From Clostridia bacterium (GTDB lineage Bacteria; Bacillota; Clostridia; UBA1381): DNA of 64,000 nucleotides. A program made the translations under genes and the position numbers. How positions within the stretch are numbered: position 1 is the first letter of the stretch; each line of letters opens with the position of its first letter. Where the stretch lies: assembly GCA_045603225.1 (NCBI GenBank), contig JAZULT010000100.1, positions 249 to 64,248 of the forward strand. The letters are read 5' to 3'. Shown here one piece after another: positions 9,569-19,219 of the stretch. The notes beneath the pieces were generated by a model that had not been told where the DNA came from, did not search any database, and saw only the letters and a list, made by a program, of their open reading frames with translations.

Positions 9569-10883
9569 TACTATTAAAGAAAAAAATCTTATAAAGAAAG
9601 GTGACAGTGTTCTGGTAGCATTGTCAGGCGGAGCCGATTCTGTAGCACTTTTATATATACTTCATGCTCTTTCGGAAAAACTGAATATAAATATTTCAGC
9701 AGCTCATGTACATCACGGCATTCGTGGAACAGAAGCGGATAATGATGCTTTATTTTGCGAAAATCTATGTAAAAATATGCATATTCCGTTTTTTAAAAGA
9801 TGTTATGATGTTCCGGGATATGCAAAAGAAATGCATATTTCTGAGGAAACTGCAGGTCGAAAACTTCGATATGACTTTTTTGATGAGATTATGAGAACAA
9901 ATGGTATAACTCTTACAGCAACTGCTCATCATATGAACGACAGAGTCGAGACTGTGCTGATGAATCTGATAAGAGGTAGCGGGCTTAAGGGACTTATAGG
10001 TATTGAATATAAAAACGGTAAAATAATAAGACCGCTTCTTGGTTTGAAAAAAAGTGAGATTCTTGATTACTGCACATCTGTTATGGCGGAGTTTTGCCAC
10101 GACAGTACAAATGATGAAACTCTTTACAGGCGCAATAAAATCCGTCTTGAGCTTATTCCTGAAATAGTAAAATTAAACTCGAATTTTGAAGAATGCGTTA
10201 TAAGGGAAAGTAATATAATTTCAGATGATAACGATTTTCTTGATAAATCAGCATGTGAGGCTTATGAAAAAGCTGTAACAGAGAAGGGGATTGACTGCAG
10301 TGTATTGAATGAGTTACACACCGCAATAAAAAGAAGAGTGGTCAGGTCGTTTATGTCATCAAAAATGGGAGGGTTTGCCGATATTTCCTTTTCTGATACT
10401 GAAGCTGTTTTAAATTTGTGTTCTTCGTGCAGGACAGGAACTGAGATTTATATCGGAAACGGATATAATGCAGTTTGTTTATATGGGTTTACAGATATTG
10501 TAAAAAAGAAAGAATTAAAAGAGTTTAATTACAGTTTAATACCTGAAATCCCACGTATTATACCGGAAATTGGTAAAATAATTACAATTGTTCGTTCGGA
10601 TTCGGACGGAATGAAACTTAAATTAAACAAAAACGACAAAATTATTATTCGTTCAAAGCAAAATGGTGATATTTTTTATCCCGTCGGAATGACCGGCAGA
10701 AAAAAAGTCAAAGATTTATTGATTGATAAAAAAATAAGTAAATTTAAACGTTCTGAAATTCCGATTCTTACTGTTAACGGTGAAATAGCTTCAGTAGTTG
10801 GAATCAGAAATGACAGGCGTTATTATAAAACTGATGGGGAATATATCCTAAAATCAGAAGATATCAGGGAGGGAATCCTTTGA
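9534..10883 (+). CDS. tilS: tRNA(Ile)-lysidine synthetase TilS
   Basis: PP-loop SGGADS motif close to the N-terminus. The likely start is the ATG pair at 9534/9537. The 9471 start in the ORF track would overlap dnaB by about 100 nt. Confidence 0.9.
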   Translation: MMKIQTENKILNTIKEKNLIKKGDSVLVALSGGADSVALLYILHALSEKLNINISAAHVHHGIRGTEADNDALFCENLCKNMHIPFFKRCYDVPGYAKEMHISEETAGRKLRYDFFDEIMRTNGITLTATAHHMNDRVETVLMNLIRGSGLKGLIGIEYKNGKIIRPLLGLKKSEILDYCTSVMAEFCHDSTNDETLYRRNKIRLELIPEIVKLNSNFEECVIRESNIISDDNDFLDKSACEAYEKAVTEKGIDCSVLNELHTAIKRRVVRSFMSSKMGGFADISFSDTEAVLNLCSSCRTGTEIYIGNGYNAVCLYGFTDIVKKKELKEFNYSLIPEIPRIIPEIGKIITIVRSDSDGMKLKLNKNDKIIIRSKQNGDIFYPVGMTGRKKVKDLLIDKKISKFKRSEIPILTVNGEIASVVGIRNDRRYYKTDGEYILKSEDIREGIL

Positions 10884-12691
10884 ATAAAAACAAAAAAAAT
10901 AATTTAGGATTATGGTTTTTTATTGTTTTTTTAATAGTGTCAGGTAGCTATCTGTTTGAAAATATAGGTTCAAAACATGAGAAAAGCTATTCTCAGTTCG
11001 TGAACGATATTAAAACCAATGTTGTTTCGGAAATGGTTATAGATGACATTGAAGTTGTGTATAAAATCAAAAATGATAATGCGGGAATTTATTATACAAC
11101 AATTCCGTCACAACAGACTTTATATGATGACTGCGGTGCAGATATTGCAAAACAGATGTCTGAAGGGACACTCGCTCAGGAAGCTAAAAGCAAAGGGGTT
11201 TCTCTTACTACAATTCTGAGTGTGGTATGTTCAGTATTAGTAATCGGAATGATTGCTTTTATGATGTTTTCGAAAAAAGGTCAGGTTGGCGGTTTTACTA
11301 AGAATCCGGCACGATTAGAGGATACAAGCGGTAAGAATAAGGTTTCTTTCGTCGATGTTGCCGGAGCAAATGAAGAAAAAGCTGAACTTGAAGAGATTGT
11401 AGATTTTCTGAAAAATCCTGATAAATATATAAAGCTTGGAGCAAGAATACCTAAAGGAGTTCTTCTTGTAGGACCTCCGGGTACAGGTAAAACACTTCTC
11501 GCACGTGCAGTTGCAGGAGAAGCAGGAGTTCCTTTCTTCTCAATAAGCGGCTCGGATTTTGTTGAGCTGTATGTTGGTGTCGGTGCATCAAGAGTTCGTG
11601 ATTTGTTTGAACAGGCAAAGAAAAACAGACCGTGTATAATTTTTATTGACGAAATTGATGCTGTCGGCAGAAAAAGAGGTGCAGGAATGGGTGGCGGACA
11701 CGATGAACGTGAACAAACACTCAATCAGCTTCTTGTAGAAATGGACGGATTCGGGAAAAATGAAGGAGTAATTGTTATTGCGGCTACTAACCGACCGGAT
11801 ATCCTTGATGCCGCACTTCTTAGACCGGGAAGATTTGACCGCCAGATTGTTGTTTCTCTTCCTGATGTAAAAGGCAGGGAAGATATTCTTAAAGTCCATA
11901 CAAAAAACAGACCTCTTGATGAAAGAATTAATCTTGAGTCAATTGCAAAAGCAACAGTTGGTTATTCCGGTGCAGATCTTGAGAATGTAATGAATGAGGC
12001 ATCAATTTTTGCTGCACGCCGTGAACATCAGAACATCTTGCAGGAAGATATAGAAGATGCTAATATTAAAGTTATGATGGGAACAGAAAAACGTTCGAAA
12101 GTTGTTACTGAGAAGGAAAAACGACTTACAGCATTCCACGAAGCGGGTCACGCTGTTCTTACTTATCTTGCTGATAAAAATGCTGTTGTCAATCAGATTT
12201 CGATAATTCCGCGCGGAAGAGCGGGGGGATATACAATGTCACTTCCGAAGGAAGATATTATGTGTGCTTCTAAGAGTGATTTTGAGGCAGACATAGTTGT
12301 ACTTCTTGGAGGAAAAGCAGCGGAAGAAATAACGATGAATGATGTTACAACAGGTGCTTCGAATGACTTGCAAAGAGCTACATCAGCTGCGCGTGACATG
12401 GTTTCCAAATACGGAATGAGCGAAAAAATCGGTCCGGTTTCATATCATACAGATGATGAAGTCTTTATCGGTCGTGATTTTGGTCATTCGAGAGTTTATT
12501 CGGACGCAACTGCAAGAGAAATAGATGTTGAAGTTGAAAAAATACTTACAAATCTGTATGATAAAGCGAAAAATATGCTTGCTGAAAATAGAGAAAAGCT
12601 TGATAGGCTTGCAGAACTTCTTGTTGAAAAAGAAACTATCAACGGTGAAGAATTTATAAAATGTATGAATGATTATAATGAAGATTGCTGA
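10880..12691 (+). CDS. ftsH: ATP-dependent zinc metalloprotease FtsH
   Basis: N-terminal TM helices, AAA+ Walker A GPPGTGKT, Walker [12 protein letters not shown], and zinc motif HEAGHA. The TTG start overlaps the tilS stop (TTGA). Confidence 0.97.
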   Translation: MNKNKKNNLGLWFFIVFLIVSGSYLFENIGSKHEKSYSQFVNDIKTNVVSEMVIDDIEVVYKIKNDNAGIYYTTIPSQQTLYDDCGADIAKQMSEGTLAQEAKSKGVSLTTILSVVCSVLVIGMIAFMMFSKKGQVGGFTKNPARLEDTSGKNKVSFVDVAGANEEKAELEEIVDFLKNPDKYIKLGARIPKGVLLVGPPGTGKTLLARAVAGEAGVPFFSISGSDFVELYVGVGASRVRDLFEQAKKNRPCIIFIDEIDAVGRKRGAGMGGGHDEREQTLNQLLVEMDGFGKNEGVIVIAATNRPDILDAALLRPGRFDRQIVVSLPDVKGREDILKVHTKNRPLDERINLESIAKATVGYSGADLENVMNEASIFAARREHQNILQEDIEDANIKVMMGTEKRSKVVTEKEKRLTAFHEAGHAVLTYLADKNAVVNQISIIPRGRAGGYTMSLPKEDIMCASKSDFEADIVVLLGGKAAEEITMNDVTTGASNDLQRATSAARDMVSKYGMSEKIGPVSYHTDDEVFIGRDFGHSRVYSDATAREIDVEVEKILTNLYDKAKNMLAENREKLDRLAELLVEKETINGEEFIKCMNDYNEDC

Positions 12692-12743
12692 AGCAGTCTC
12701 TTTATAATAAATTAATTTTAAACAACGAAAGGAAATGGTAAAA

Positions 12744-12950
12744 ATGAAGATTAATAAGGATATGATAATTATGGATGTACTCAATATGGACAGTGGAACT
12801 GCTCAGTTCTTTTTTGAAATAGGTATGCACTGTCTGGGTTGCCCGTCAGCAAGCGGTGAGTCTATAGAAATGGCATGCCAGGTACACGGTGCAGATGCTG
12901 ATGCACTTGTAAATAAAATCAACGAATATCTTGAATCAAAAGAAAAATAA
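12744..12950 (+). CDS. DUF1858 / hybrid-cluster-protein-associated redox disulfide domain protein
   Basis: 68 aa with HCLGCP (CxxC) and a typical DUF1858 layout. aaaggaaa RBS 7 nt before the ATG at 12744. Confidence 0.7.
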   Translation: MKINKDMIIMDVLNMDSGTAQFFFEIGMHCLGCPSASGESIEMACQVHGADADALVNKINEYLESKEK

Positions 12951-12976
12951 TTTCATACTAAGAGGGGGATGACTTT

Positions 12977-14446
12977 ATGAAAAAAATAATGATGCTCCTG
13001 ATTACAGCTTGTACAGTGCTTGTTTCATCGGGATGCTCTGAAAACGGGAATCAACTGCTTGATGGATTTGTTAAGAACACGGAACTTAAAAACTATACCG
13101 AAACACAGAATATCAGTATAGATATCAACTCTGATTTTGGAAAGAATGAGTACAGCTCTTTTAATGTTCAGTCGTTTTTTAACGCATTAAGCGACTTTAA
13201 TTTGTCCTCTGTTTCTGTAATGAATGAAAAGGACGGAGTAACAAAGGGTAAAAGTGAAATTTCAATTTCCGCACCGGATTGTGATATAAGATTTAACTTG
13301 TATCAGGATGGGGATAGCGTAACGGCTTATATACCTACTCTTATAAGAAGTTTTCTCCCTTATGAGTATGAAGATGCAAGATATGTAGAATTTAATACTG
13401 TTAATGCCGATGTTATGGGTGCGGCAAAGAAATTTGCTCCGGAAATGGTGAAAAGTTTTATAAGATTTGGTGAATATATAGATGATGCTGATACAATATC
13501 GAAATCCGGTAATAAATATACCATGACTCTGACTGATGAGAATGTAAAGAACATTATTAAAGGAATTGTGAGTGAATATTACAGTAATCCTGAGTTTCAG
13601 GCTGATGTTGAGAGTGCAGTTTTCCTTACAGCAACATATGTGAATGGGGTGTCTGGGGAAGATGGGGCTGATATTCCTACAGAGATTCCGGAATTTACCG
13701 AAGAAGCTTATAATACTGCCATGGCAGATATGGAAAGTATTTTTGAAGAAATCAGAATTATTGGGGATGACGGCATAAAGATTGAATTTACTTCTGATAA
13801 TAAGGGGTATATTACAGCTATGGATTTTGACGGAACATTTATAGCAGGAAATCGTTTTACCGGCAGTAACCAAGAGGTGTCCGTCACTTTGAAATATGAC
13901 TGGAAGCTTGATAATATCAATGTTTATCAGGATGTTGAAATTCCACAGTTTTCAAAGGAGAACAGAATAGGAATAAAGGAATGGACAGAGTTGAATACGC
14001 CAATTTATCCTGAGTACGAGGACCCTTACAACGAGGGAAATCCTGACTATAGATATAATGTAACTTCACCGGCTGAGGACGGAAGTATTACTTTCTTTGA
14101 TATATATGACATGAGAGTGAAGTTTGATATTGCTCCTGTTGTGAAAGACGGTGTTACTTACGTGGCAGATAGCGAAATTACTAAGCTTCTGCCATGGGCG
14201 AGACTTGTTACAGAACCCTTTGAAACCGGATACAGACTGTCTGTAGGTTATGATTATCGTGATAATATTCTCGTTTATCCTGATGATAACAAGATGTATC
14301 AGCGTGATTATATCATAACTGTAAAAAACGCACCATTTGTTGAAAACGGAGTTCTTTATCTGCCTCTTAAGGATTTCATTGATATAGCATATGATATAGA
14401 GGTAGGTTGGAATGAAAACATAAGAGCAGTTTATGTGCATTATTAA
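12977..14446 (+). CDS. Putative lipoprotein with C-terminal copper-amine-oxidase-N-terminal-like (stalk) domain
   Basis: Signal peptide with lipobox (LVSSGC). The C-terminus (VKDGVTYVA..., VENGVLYLPLKDFIDIAY) resembles the stalk domain common in Clostridia. GGGGG RBS. Confidence 0.7.
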   Translation: MKKIMMLLITACTVLVSSGCSENGNQLLDGFVKNTELKNYTETQNISIDINSDFGKNEYSSFNVQSFFNALSDFNLSSVSVMNEKDGVTKGKSEISISAPDCDIRFNLYQDGDSVTAYIPTLIRSFLPYEYEDARYVEFNTVNADVMGAAKKFAPEMVKSFIRFGEYIDDADTISKSGNKYTMTLTDENVKNIIKGIVSEYYSNPEFQADVESAVFLTATYVNGVSGEDGADIPTEIPEFTEEAYNTAMADMESIFEEIRIIGDDGIKIEFTSDNKGYITAMDFDGTFIAGNRFTGSNQEVSVTLKYDWKLDNINVYQDVEIPQFSKENRIGIKEWTELNTPIYPEYEDPYNEGNPDYRYNVTSPAEDGSITFFDIYDMRVKFDIAPVVKDGVTYVADSEITKLLPWARLVTEPFETGYRLSVGYDYRDNILVYPDDNKMYQRDYIITVKNAPFVENGVLYLPLKDFIDIAYDIEVGWNENIRAVYVHY

Positions 14447-14476
14447 AATTTTTGGCAATTTGAAAGGATGATACTT

Positions 14477-16114
14477 ATGAGTTATATGGATGAATACAGA
14501 AAATGGATTGCTGAGGCTGATGATGTTACATCTCAGGAGCTTCGCGGTATATCCGATGAAAAGGAAATAAAAGACAGATTCTATGCTGATCTTAAATTCG
14601 GCACAGGCGGTCTCAGAGGTGTTATGGCGGCCGGAACAAACAGAATGAATTCTTATGTTATCGGAAAAGTAACACAGGGTATTTCTGAATATATTAAAGA
14701 AATCGGCAGTGAAAGCATGGAAAGAGGAGTTGTCATTGCGCACGATTCCAGAAATAATTCTCGTTTTTTTGCTGAGCATACCGCTGAAGTTTTTTGTGCG
14801 AACGGAATTAAAACGTATCTTTTTGAATCACTTCGTCCGACACCGTTGTTGTCTTTTGCTATAAGACATCTGAACTGTTACGCCGGAGTTGTTATTACCG
14901 CGAGCCATAATCCGAAGGAATATAACGGTTATAAAGCATATTTTGAAGATGGGGGACAGCTTCCACCGGAAGTGGCTGATAGAGTTCAGGAATATATTAA
15001 CAAGGTTGATATATTCAGTGTCAAGAGTGAATCTGACAATAAACCGATAATAATCGGAAAAGAAGTTGATGAAGCTTATTATGAAAATGTTCTTGCCCAG
15101 AGACAGAACAAGGATCTTGATAAAAAAGGATTTAAGCTTGTATATACGCCTCTTCACGGTTCAGGTAATATTCCTGTTCGTGAAATTTTAAAACGTTCCG
15201 GTTTTGAAGATGTTCTTCTTGTAGATGAACAACTCGAACCAAATGGTGATTTCCCGACAGTCAAATCACCGAATCCGGAAAATAAAGAATGTTTCACAAA
15301 AGCAATTGAAATTGCAGAGGAAAACGGATGCGATCTTATAATAGGAACCGATCCTGACAGTGACAGAGTGGGTATAGTTGTACGCTCATCAACAGGTGAA
15401 TATGTAGCGCTTACGGGTAATCAGACTGGTGCGCTTCTTGTTGATTATATGCTATCTTGCGCTGATGTACCTGATAACGGCGCTGTTATATCCACTATTG
15501 TTTCAACAAGACTCATAAAAGCGATATGCGACAAGAAAAATATCAAGTATTTTGATGTTCTTACAGGATTCAAATTCATCGGTGAAAAAATTTATGAATT
15601 CGAAAGAGATAATTCTTATAAGTTCATACTTGGTCTTGAAGAAAGCTACGGATACCTTGCCGGCACATATTGCCGTGATAAGGATGCTGTTGTTGCTTCT
15701 ATGCTGATTGCTGAAATGGCTGTTTATTATTCCAAACAGGGAAAGACTCTTTATGATAAGCTTATGGAAATATATGACGAATACGGTTATTATAAAGAAA
15801 ACGTATACTCTGCAGAACTTAAGGGTATTGACGGTGCTGAACGTATCCGGGAGATAATGAATAATCTCAGAAATATAAATAAAGATAAATATAATATTGT
15901 TGGTTATATAGATTATAAAAATGATAATACAGGATTGCCTAAATCGGATGTTCTTGCATTTACTTTTGCTGACGGAAACAGCTTTATTGTCAGACCTTCA
16001 GGAACAGAGCCCAAAATTAAGCTTTATATGAATACAATAGGAAGGACTCAGGAAGACGCAGATATTCAAAGCGAGGCTGTTAAGAAAACAGCACTTGAAA
16101 TGTGCGGAATTTAA
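14477..16114 (+). CDS. Phosphoglucomutase/phosphomannomutase family phosphosugar mutase
   Basis: Active-site TASHNPKEYNGYK, metal loop GTDPDSDR, sugar loop GLEESYG. The ATG at 14477 is better spaced from gaaagga than the ATG at 14468. Confidence 0.92.
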   Translation: MSYMDEYRKWIAEADDVTSQELRGISDEKEIKDRFYADLKFGTGGLRGVMAAGTNRMNSYVIGKVTQGISEYIKEIGSESMERGVVIAHDSRNNSRFFAEHTAEVFCANGIKTYLFESLRPTPLLSFAIRHLNCYAGVVITASHNPKEYNGYKAYFEDGGQLPPEVADRVQEYINKVDIFSVKSESDNKPIIIGKEVDEAYYENVLAQRQNKDLDKKGFKLVYTPLHGSGNIPVREILKRSGFEDVLLVDEQLEPNGDFPTVKSPNPENKECFTKAIEIAEENGCDLIIGTDPDSDRVGIVVRSSTGEYVALTGNQTGALLVDYMLSCADVPDNGAVISTIVSTRLIKAICDKKNIKYFDVLTGFKFIGEKIYEFERDNSYKFILGLEESYGYLAGTYCRDKDAVVASMLIAEMAVYYSKQGKTLYDKLMEIYDEYGYYKENVYSAELKGIDGAERIREIMNNLRNINKDKYNIVGYIDYKNDNTGLPKSDVLAFTFADGNSFIVRPSGTEPKIKLYMNTIGRTQEDADIQSEAVKKTALEMCGI

Positions 16115-16129
16115 AAAGAGATATACGAA

Positions 16130-17512
16130 ATGAATAGTTTGATAGGTACTAAAAGCTTTTATAAGAAAACAATTTTAATTGCACTTCCGATAATAGTACA
16201 AAATGCGATAACAGCTTTTGTTGCAATGCTTGACAACATAATGGTCGGTCGTTTAGGCACCGACCCTATGTCAGGTGTGGCAATTACAAATCAGCTTATG
16301 TTTGTATTTAACATTTTTGTTTTCGGCGGAATATCAGGTGCAGGTATTTTCTGTGCCCAGTATTTCGGAAAAGGAGACAACAAAGGTGTACATTATACGT
16401 TCAGATTTAAGTTGTATATCGCATTGGCGATTTGCATTATGGCATTTTTTGTCTTTCTTAAATTCGGAGATTCGCTTATCTCACTGTACTTACATGAAGG
16501 CGGAAATGCAGGAAATCTGGAAGCGACAAAGGGTTTTGGATTATCGTACCTGAAAATCATGCTTATAGGACTTATTCCGTTTGCAATAAGTCAGGTTTAT
16601 GCATCTACTCTTCGGGAATGCGGAAAAATAAAGCTCCCGATGGTGGCCGGAATTATAGCGGTTTGCGTAAATACTGTTCTTAATTATATACTTATATTCG
16701 GCAAATTCGGTGCACCGAAATTAGGTTCGGACGGTGCTGCTATTGCAACTGTTATTTCAAGAGTTGTCGAAATGATTATTATTGTTATAATCACGCATGC
16801 AAAAAAGAAAGAAAATTCATTTGCTGTCGGATTTTATGACAGCATGAGAATACCTGTTCCTGTAGCAAAACAGATACTTATAAAAGGAATTCCTCTTCTG
16901 GTAAATGAAATGTTGTGGGCTATGGGAATGGCGATTATAAATCAGTGCTACGCTTATCGTGGTTTATCTGTTGTGGCGGCTATAAACATTAATTCCACAA
17001 TAGCAAATATTTTCAATATTGTATACCTTGCGATGGGAAATGTTGTTGCTATAATTATCGGACAGTTGTTAGGAGCAGGAAAGAAAGAAGAAGCTATCAG
17101 GACAGACCGTCAGTTGCTTGCTTTTTCTGTCATGGTCACTTCCGTAATAGGGATTATTATGATATTTTTCTCAGGGATTTTTCCAAAAATATATAATACA
17201 GAAAATGAGGTCAGGGAACTTGCTAAAGGTTTTATAATTATAAGTTCTTTGATTCTGCCGGCTCAGGCATATTGTCATTCGGGGTATTTTACAGTGAGAT
17301 CGGGTGGAAAGACAAAGCTTGTTTTTCTGTTTGATAGCGGATACATGTATTTACTTGTTATCCCTGTTGCCTTTTTGCTCTCAAGATTTGCCAACATTTC
17401 TCCTGTAATGCTTTTTATGATTATTCAGAGTAATGAAATATTCAAATGCTTTATAATTTATTTTGTACTTAAGCGCGGGACGTGGGCTCAGAATATTGTG
17501 GAAAATATTTAG
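16130..17512 (+). CDS. MATE family efflux transporter
   Basis: 460 aa with about 12 predicted TM segments. The N-terminus (ILIALPIIVQNAITAFVAMLDNIMVGRLG) is typical of MATE proteins. Confidence 0.9.
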   Translation: MNSLIGTKSFYKKTILIALPIIVQNAITAFVAMLDNIMVGRLGTDPMSGVAITNQLMFVFNIFVFGGISGAGIFCAQYFGKGDNKGVHYTFRFKLYIALAICIMAFFVFLKFGDSLISLYLHEGGNAGNLEATKGFGLSYLKIMLIGLIPFAISQVYASTLRECGKIKLPMVAGIIAVCVNTVLNYILIFGKFGAPKLGSDGAAIATVISRVVEMIIIVIITHAKKKENSFAVGFYDSMRIPVPVAKQILIKGIPLLVNEMLWAMGMAIINQCYAYRGLSVVAAININSTIANIFNIVYLAMGNVVAIIIGQLLGAGKKEEAIRTDRQLLAFSVMVTSVIGIIMIFFSGIFPKIYNTENEVRELAKGFIIISSLILPAQAYCHSGYFTVRSGGKTKLVFLFDSGYMYLLVIPVAFLLSRFANISPVMLFMIIQSNEIFKCFIIYFVLKRGTWAQNIVENI

Positions 17513-17515
17513 TGT

Positions 17516-17860
17516 TTATTTTACTCCTGCAAAAGAACCGATGACACCGCTTAGTAAACACAAAGTTATAAGTGTATACAAGGAGCCTTCCGGTCGAATA
17601 CCGCCTGTGTTGACTAAAAATAATATTAATAAACCGGAACTAAGCAGTGAAGTGATTATTCCCTTTACTGCTTTTTTGTTGTCTGCGCTTTTTGAAACGA
17701 GTAATGAACCGAAAAAAATACTAAGACAGATAAGTCCCCATACAGAAAACTTTATAATGTTTTGGTTTGGCTCAAAAAACAGACGGACAAAAGATACAGC
17801 CAAAAGTATAATGACGGACAGCATGACTGAAAAAATCATGCCTTTTATGATACCTTTCAT
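17516..17860 (-). CDS. Small integral membrane protein (TIGR04086/YrzE-like)
   Basis: 114 aa with 4 hydrophobic segments. aaaggaggtg RBS on the - strand. Convergent with the MATE gene, with only a 3-nt gap. Confidence 0.65.
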   Translation of the reverse strand: MKGIIKGMIFSVMLSVIILLAVSFVRLFFEPNQNIIKFSVWGLICLSIFFGSLLVSKSADNKKAVKGIITSLLSSGLLILFLVNTGGIRPEGSLYTLITLCLLSGVIGSFAGVK

Positions 17861-17978
17861 CTGAATTCACCTCCTTTTAAAGGATATGTTTAACATTACG
17901 TATTTATGTATTTATTACAAAAAACTTTTCTGTGATAAAAAAATGTTGTCATAAATCCACTTAATTTTAAACCATTAC

Positions 17979-18007
17979 TTGACTAAAGGTGTCAAAAGTG
18001 GTATTAT
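17979..18007 (+). promoter_or_regulatory. Near-consensus sigma-A promoter of the aro operon leader
   Basis: TTGACT (17979-17984), 17 nt spacer, TGgTATTAT (-10 at 18002-18007). Confidence 0.65.
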
Positions 18008-18032
18008 TTTATTAAGAAATGAGGAAAAAAAC

Positions 18033-18116
18033 ATGAGAAATTTAGTCTTTACAGGCGCATATTTTACAGGCTTTTACTTTTATTTTGGTAAAAAGTCCGT
18101 TTGTGTTGCAATGTAA
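18033..18116 (+). CDS. Candidate leader peptide MRNLVFTGAYFTGFYFYFGKKSVCVAM (5 Phe and 3 Tyr within codons 6-18)
   Basis: GAGGA at 18021-18025, 7 nt before the ATG. 27 codons plus TAA. Lies between the promoter and an intrinsic terminator, directly upstream of aroF. Confidence 0.6.
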   Translation: MRNLVFTGAYFTGFYFYFGKKSVCVAM

Positions 18117-18164
18117 AGGTTTTTTATGTACATAGTTATATGAAGGATTACAGGTAACACAAAC
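18099..18164 (+). promoter_or_regulatory. Candidate antiterminator helix (18099-18109 pairs with 18154-18164)
   Basis: GTTTGTGTTGC is complementary to GTAACACAAAC over 11 bp with one G-U pair. The second strand is the top of the terminator 5' arm plus its whole loop. Confidence 0.45.
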
Positions 18165-18185
18165 ATAACCTGTAGTCCTTTTTAA
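18143..18185 (+). terminator. Intrinsic terminator/attenuator in the aro leader
   Basis: 13-bp stem AAGGATTACAGGT / ACCTGTAGTCCTT (one G-U) with a 12-nt loop, followed by TTTTTAATTT. It ends about 30 nt before the aroF ATG. Confidence 0.7.
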
Positions 18186-18211
18186 TTTAATTCAGAAAGG
18201 AAGCGTTAAAA

Positions 18212-19219
18212 ATGATTCTCATTCTTAACAGAGATTACGAAGAACGTCAGTTTAATATGCTGATAAACTGGCTTGAAGCAAAGAATATAGATCCCAGAGT
18301 ATGGAAAGGAACAGAAGAAACCATAGTCGGTCTTATAGGGGATACATCTTCAATTGATACGGATATGCTTGAATCAATGGATATTGTAAACTCAGTAAGA
18401 CGCGTCAGTGAACCGTATAAAAGCAGTAACAGAAAGTTTCATCCTCATGATACGCTGATATGTACAGGAGGAGCAATATTGGGTGACGGAAATTTTGGGA
18501 TAATTGCCGGACCGTGTTCTGTTGAATCTGAGGAGCAGCTTTGCTTGATAGCGGAAAAGGTAAAAACTTCAGGTGCTACATTTTTGCGTGGCGGCGCGTT
18601 TAAACCAAGAACTTCCCCATATGCTTTTCAGGGATTAAGGCAAAAGGGAATAGAGTTGCTGCTTAAAGCTAAAGAAAAAACAGGGCTTCCTATTGTTACA
18701 GAAATTATGGATATATCTCATATACCGCTTTTTGAGGATGTTGATGTTATTCAGGTTGGAGCGAGAAATATGCAGAATTTTGAACTTTTAAAAGAATTAG
18801 GACATCTTGATAAGCCGGTTTTAATAAAAAGAGGTCTTGCCAATACTGTTGATGAACTGTTAATGAGTGCTGAATATATAATGTCCGGAGGAAACGAAAA
18901 AGTAATACTTTGCGAAAGAGGAATAAGGACATTTGAACAAAAAACAAGAAATACCCTGGATTTGTCTGCTGTTCCGCTTCTTAAGTCATTGTCTCATTTG
19001 CCTGTGGTTGTTGATCCGAGCCATGCAACAGGTATCGCTAAACTTGTTGAACCGATGGCTATGGCAGCGACAGCTTGCGGAGCTGACGGACTTATGATAG
19101 AAGTTCATAACGATCCACAAAATGCATCATGTGACGGACAACAATCGCTCACACCGGAGGCTTTTGAGAGATTAGTAAACAAAGTGAAGGAGATTTTACC
19201 GCATGCGTACAAAATATAA
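18212..19219 (+). CDS. aroF: 3-deoxy-7-phosphoheptulonate (DAHP) synthase, type I-beta, with N-terminal ferredoxin-like regulatory domain
   Basis: The KDO8P/DAHPS core carries GPCSVES, RGGAFKPRTSPY and DPSH motifs. A roughly 70-aa N-terminal extension resembles that of Thermotoga-type enzymes. Confidence 0.92.
   Translation: MILILNRDYEERQFNMLINWLEAKNIDPRVWKGTEETIVGLIGDTSSIDTDMLESMDIVNSVRRVSEPYKSSNRKFHPHDTLICTGGAILGDGNFGIIAGPCSVESEEQLCLIAEKVKTSGATFLRGGAFKPRTSPYAFQGLRQKGIELLLKAKEKTGLPIVTEIMDISHIPLFEDVDVIQVGARNMQNFELLKELGHLDKPVLIKRGLANTVDELLMSAEYIMSGGNEKVILCERGIRTFEQKTRNTLDLSAVPLLKSLSHLPVVVDPSHATGIAKLVEPMAMAATACGADGLMIEVHNDPQNASCDGQQSLTPEAFERLVNKVKEILPHAYKI

Noticed and set aside
11281-11724. 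147-aa ORF antisense to ftsH. The same reasoning applies to 11588-11899 and 12193-12408.
   Set aside because: It is a shadow ORF opposite the highly conserved AAA+ domain. It has no RBS and a Ser/Pro/Thr-rich composition typical of antisense frames.
13262-14779. Long minus-strand ORFs (203 aa and 237 aa) antisense to the lipoprotein and phosphosugar mutase genes
   Set aside because: They are rich in Ile, Phe, Asn and Tyr, as expected for antisense frames in AT-rich DNA. They overlap well-supported + strand genes, and I recognise no motifs in them.
17510-17518. Convergent MATE and membrane-protein genes separated by 3 nt with no terminator
   Set aside because: This is unusual but not informative by itself. 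No hairpin is visible, and transcripts probably terminate within the opposing gene. Nothing more can be supported from the sequence.
17463-17864. 133-aa + strand ORF spanning the MATE gene end and the antisense of the small membrane protein
   Set aside because: It overlaps two better-supported genes. The minus-strand ORF has a clear RBS and four hydrophobic helices.
18000-18211. T-box riboswitch or TRAP-binding leader upstream of aroF
   Set aside because: The leader is only about 200 nt and lacks the conserved T-box sequence, a specifier-loop architecture and spaced GAG/UAG triplet repeats. A leader-peptide attenuator fits the sequence better.
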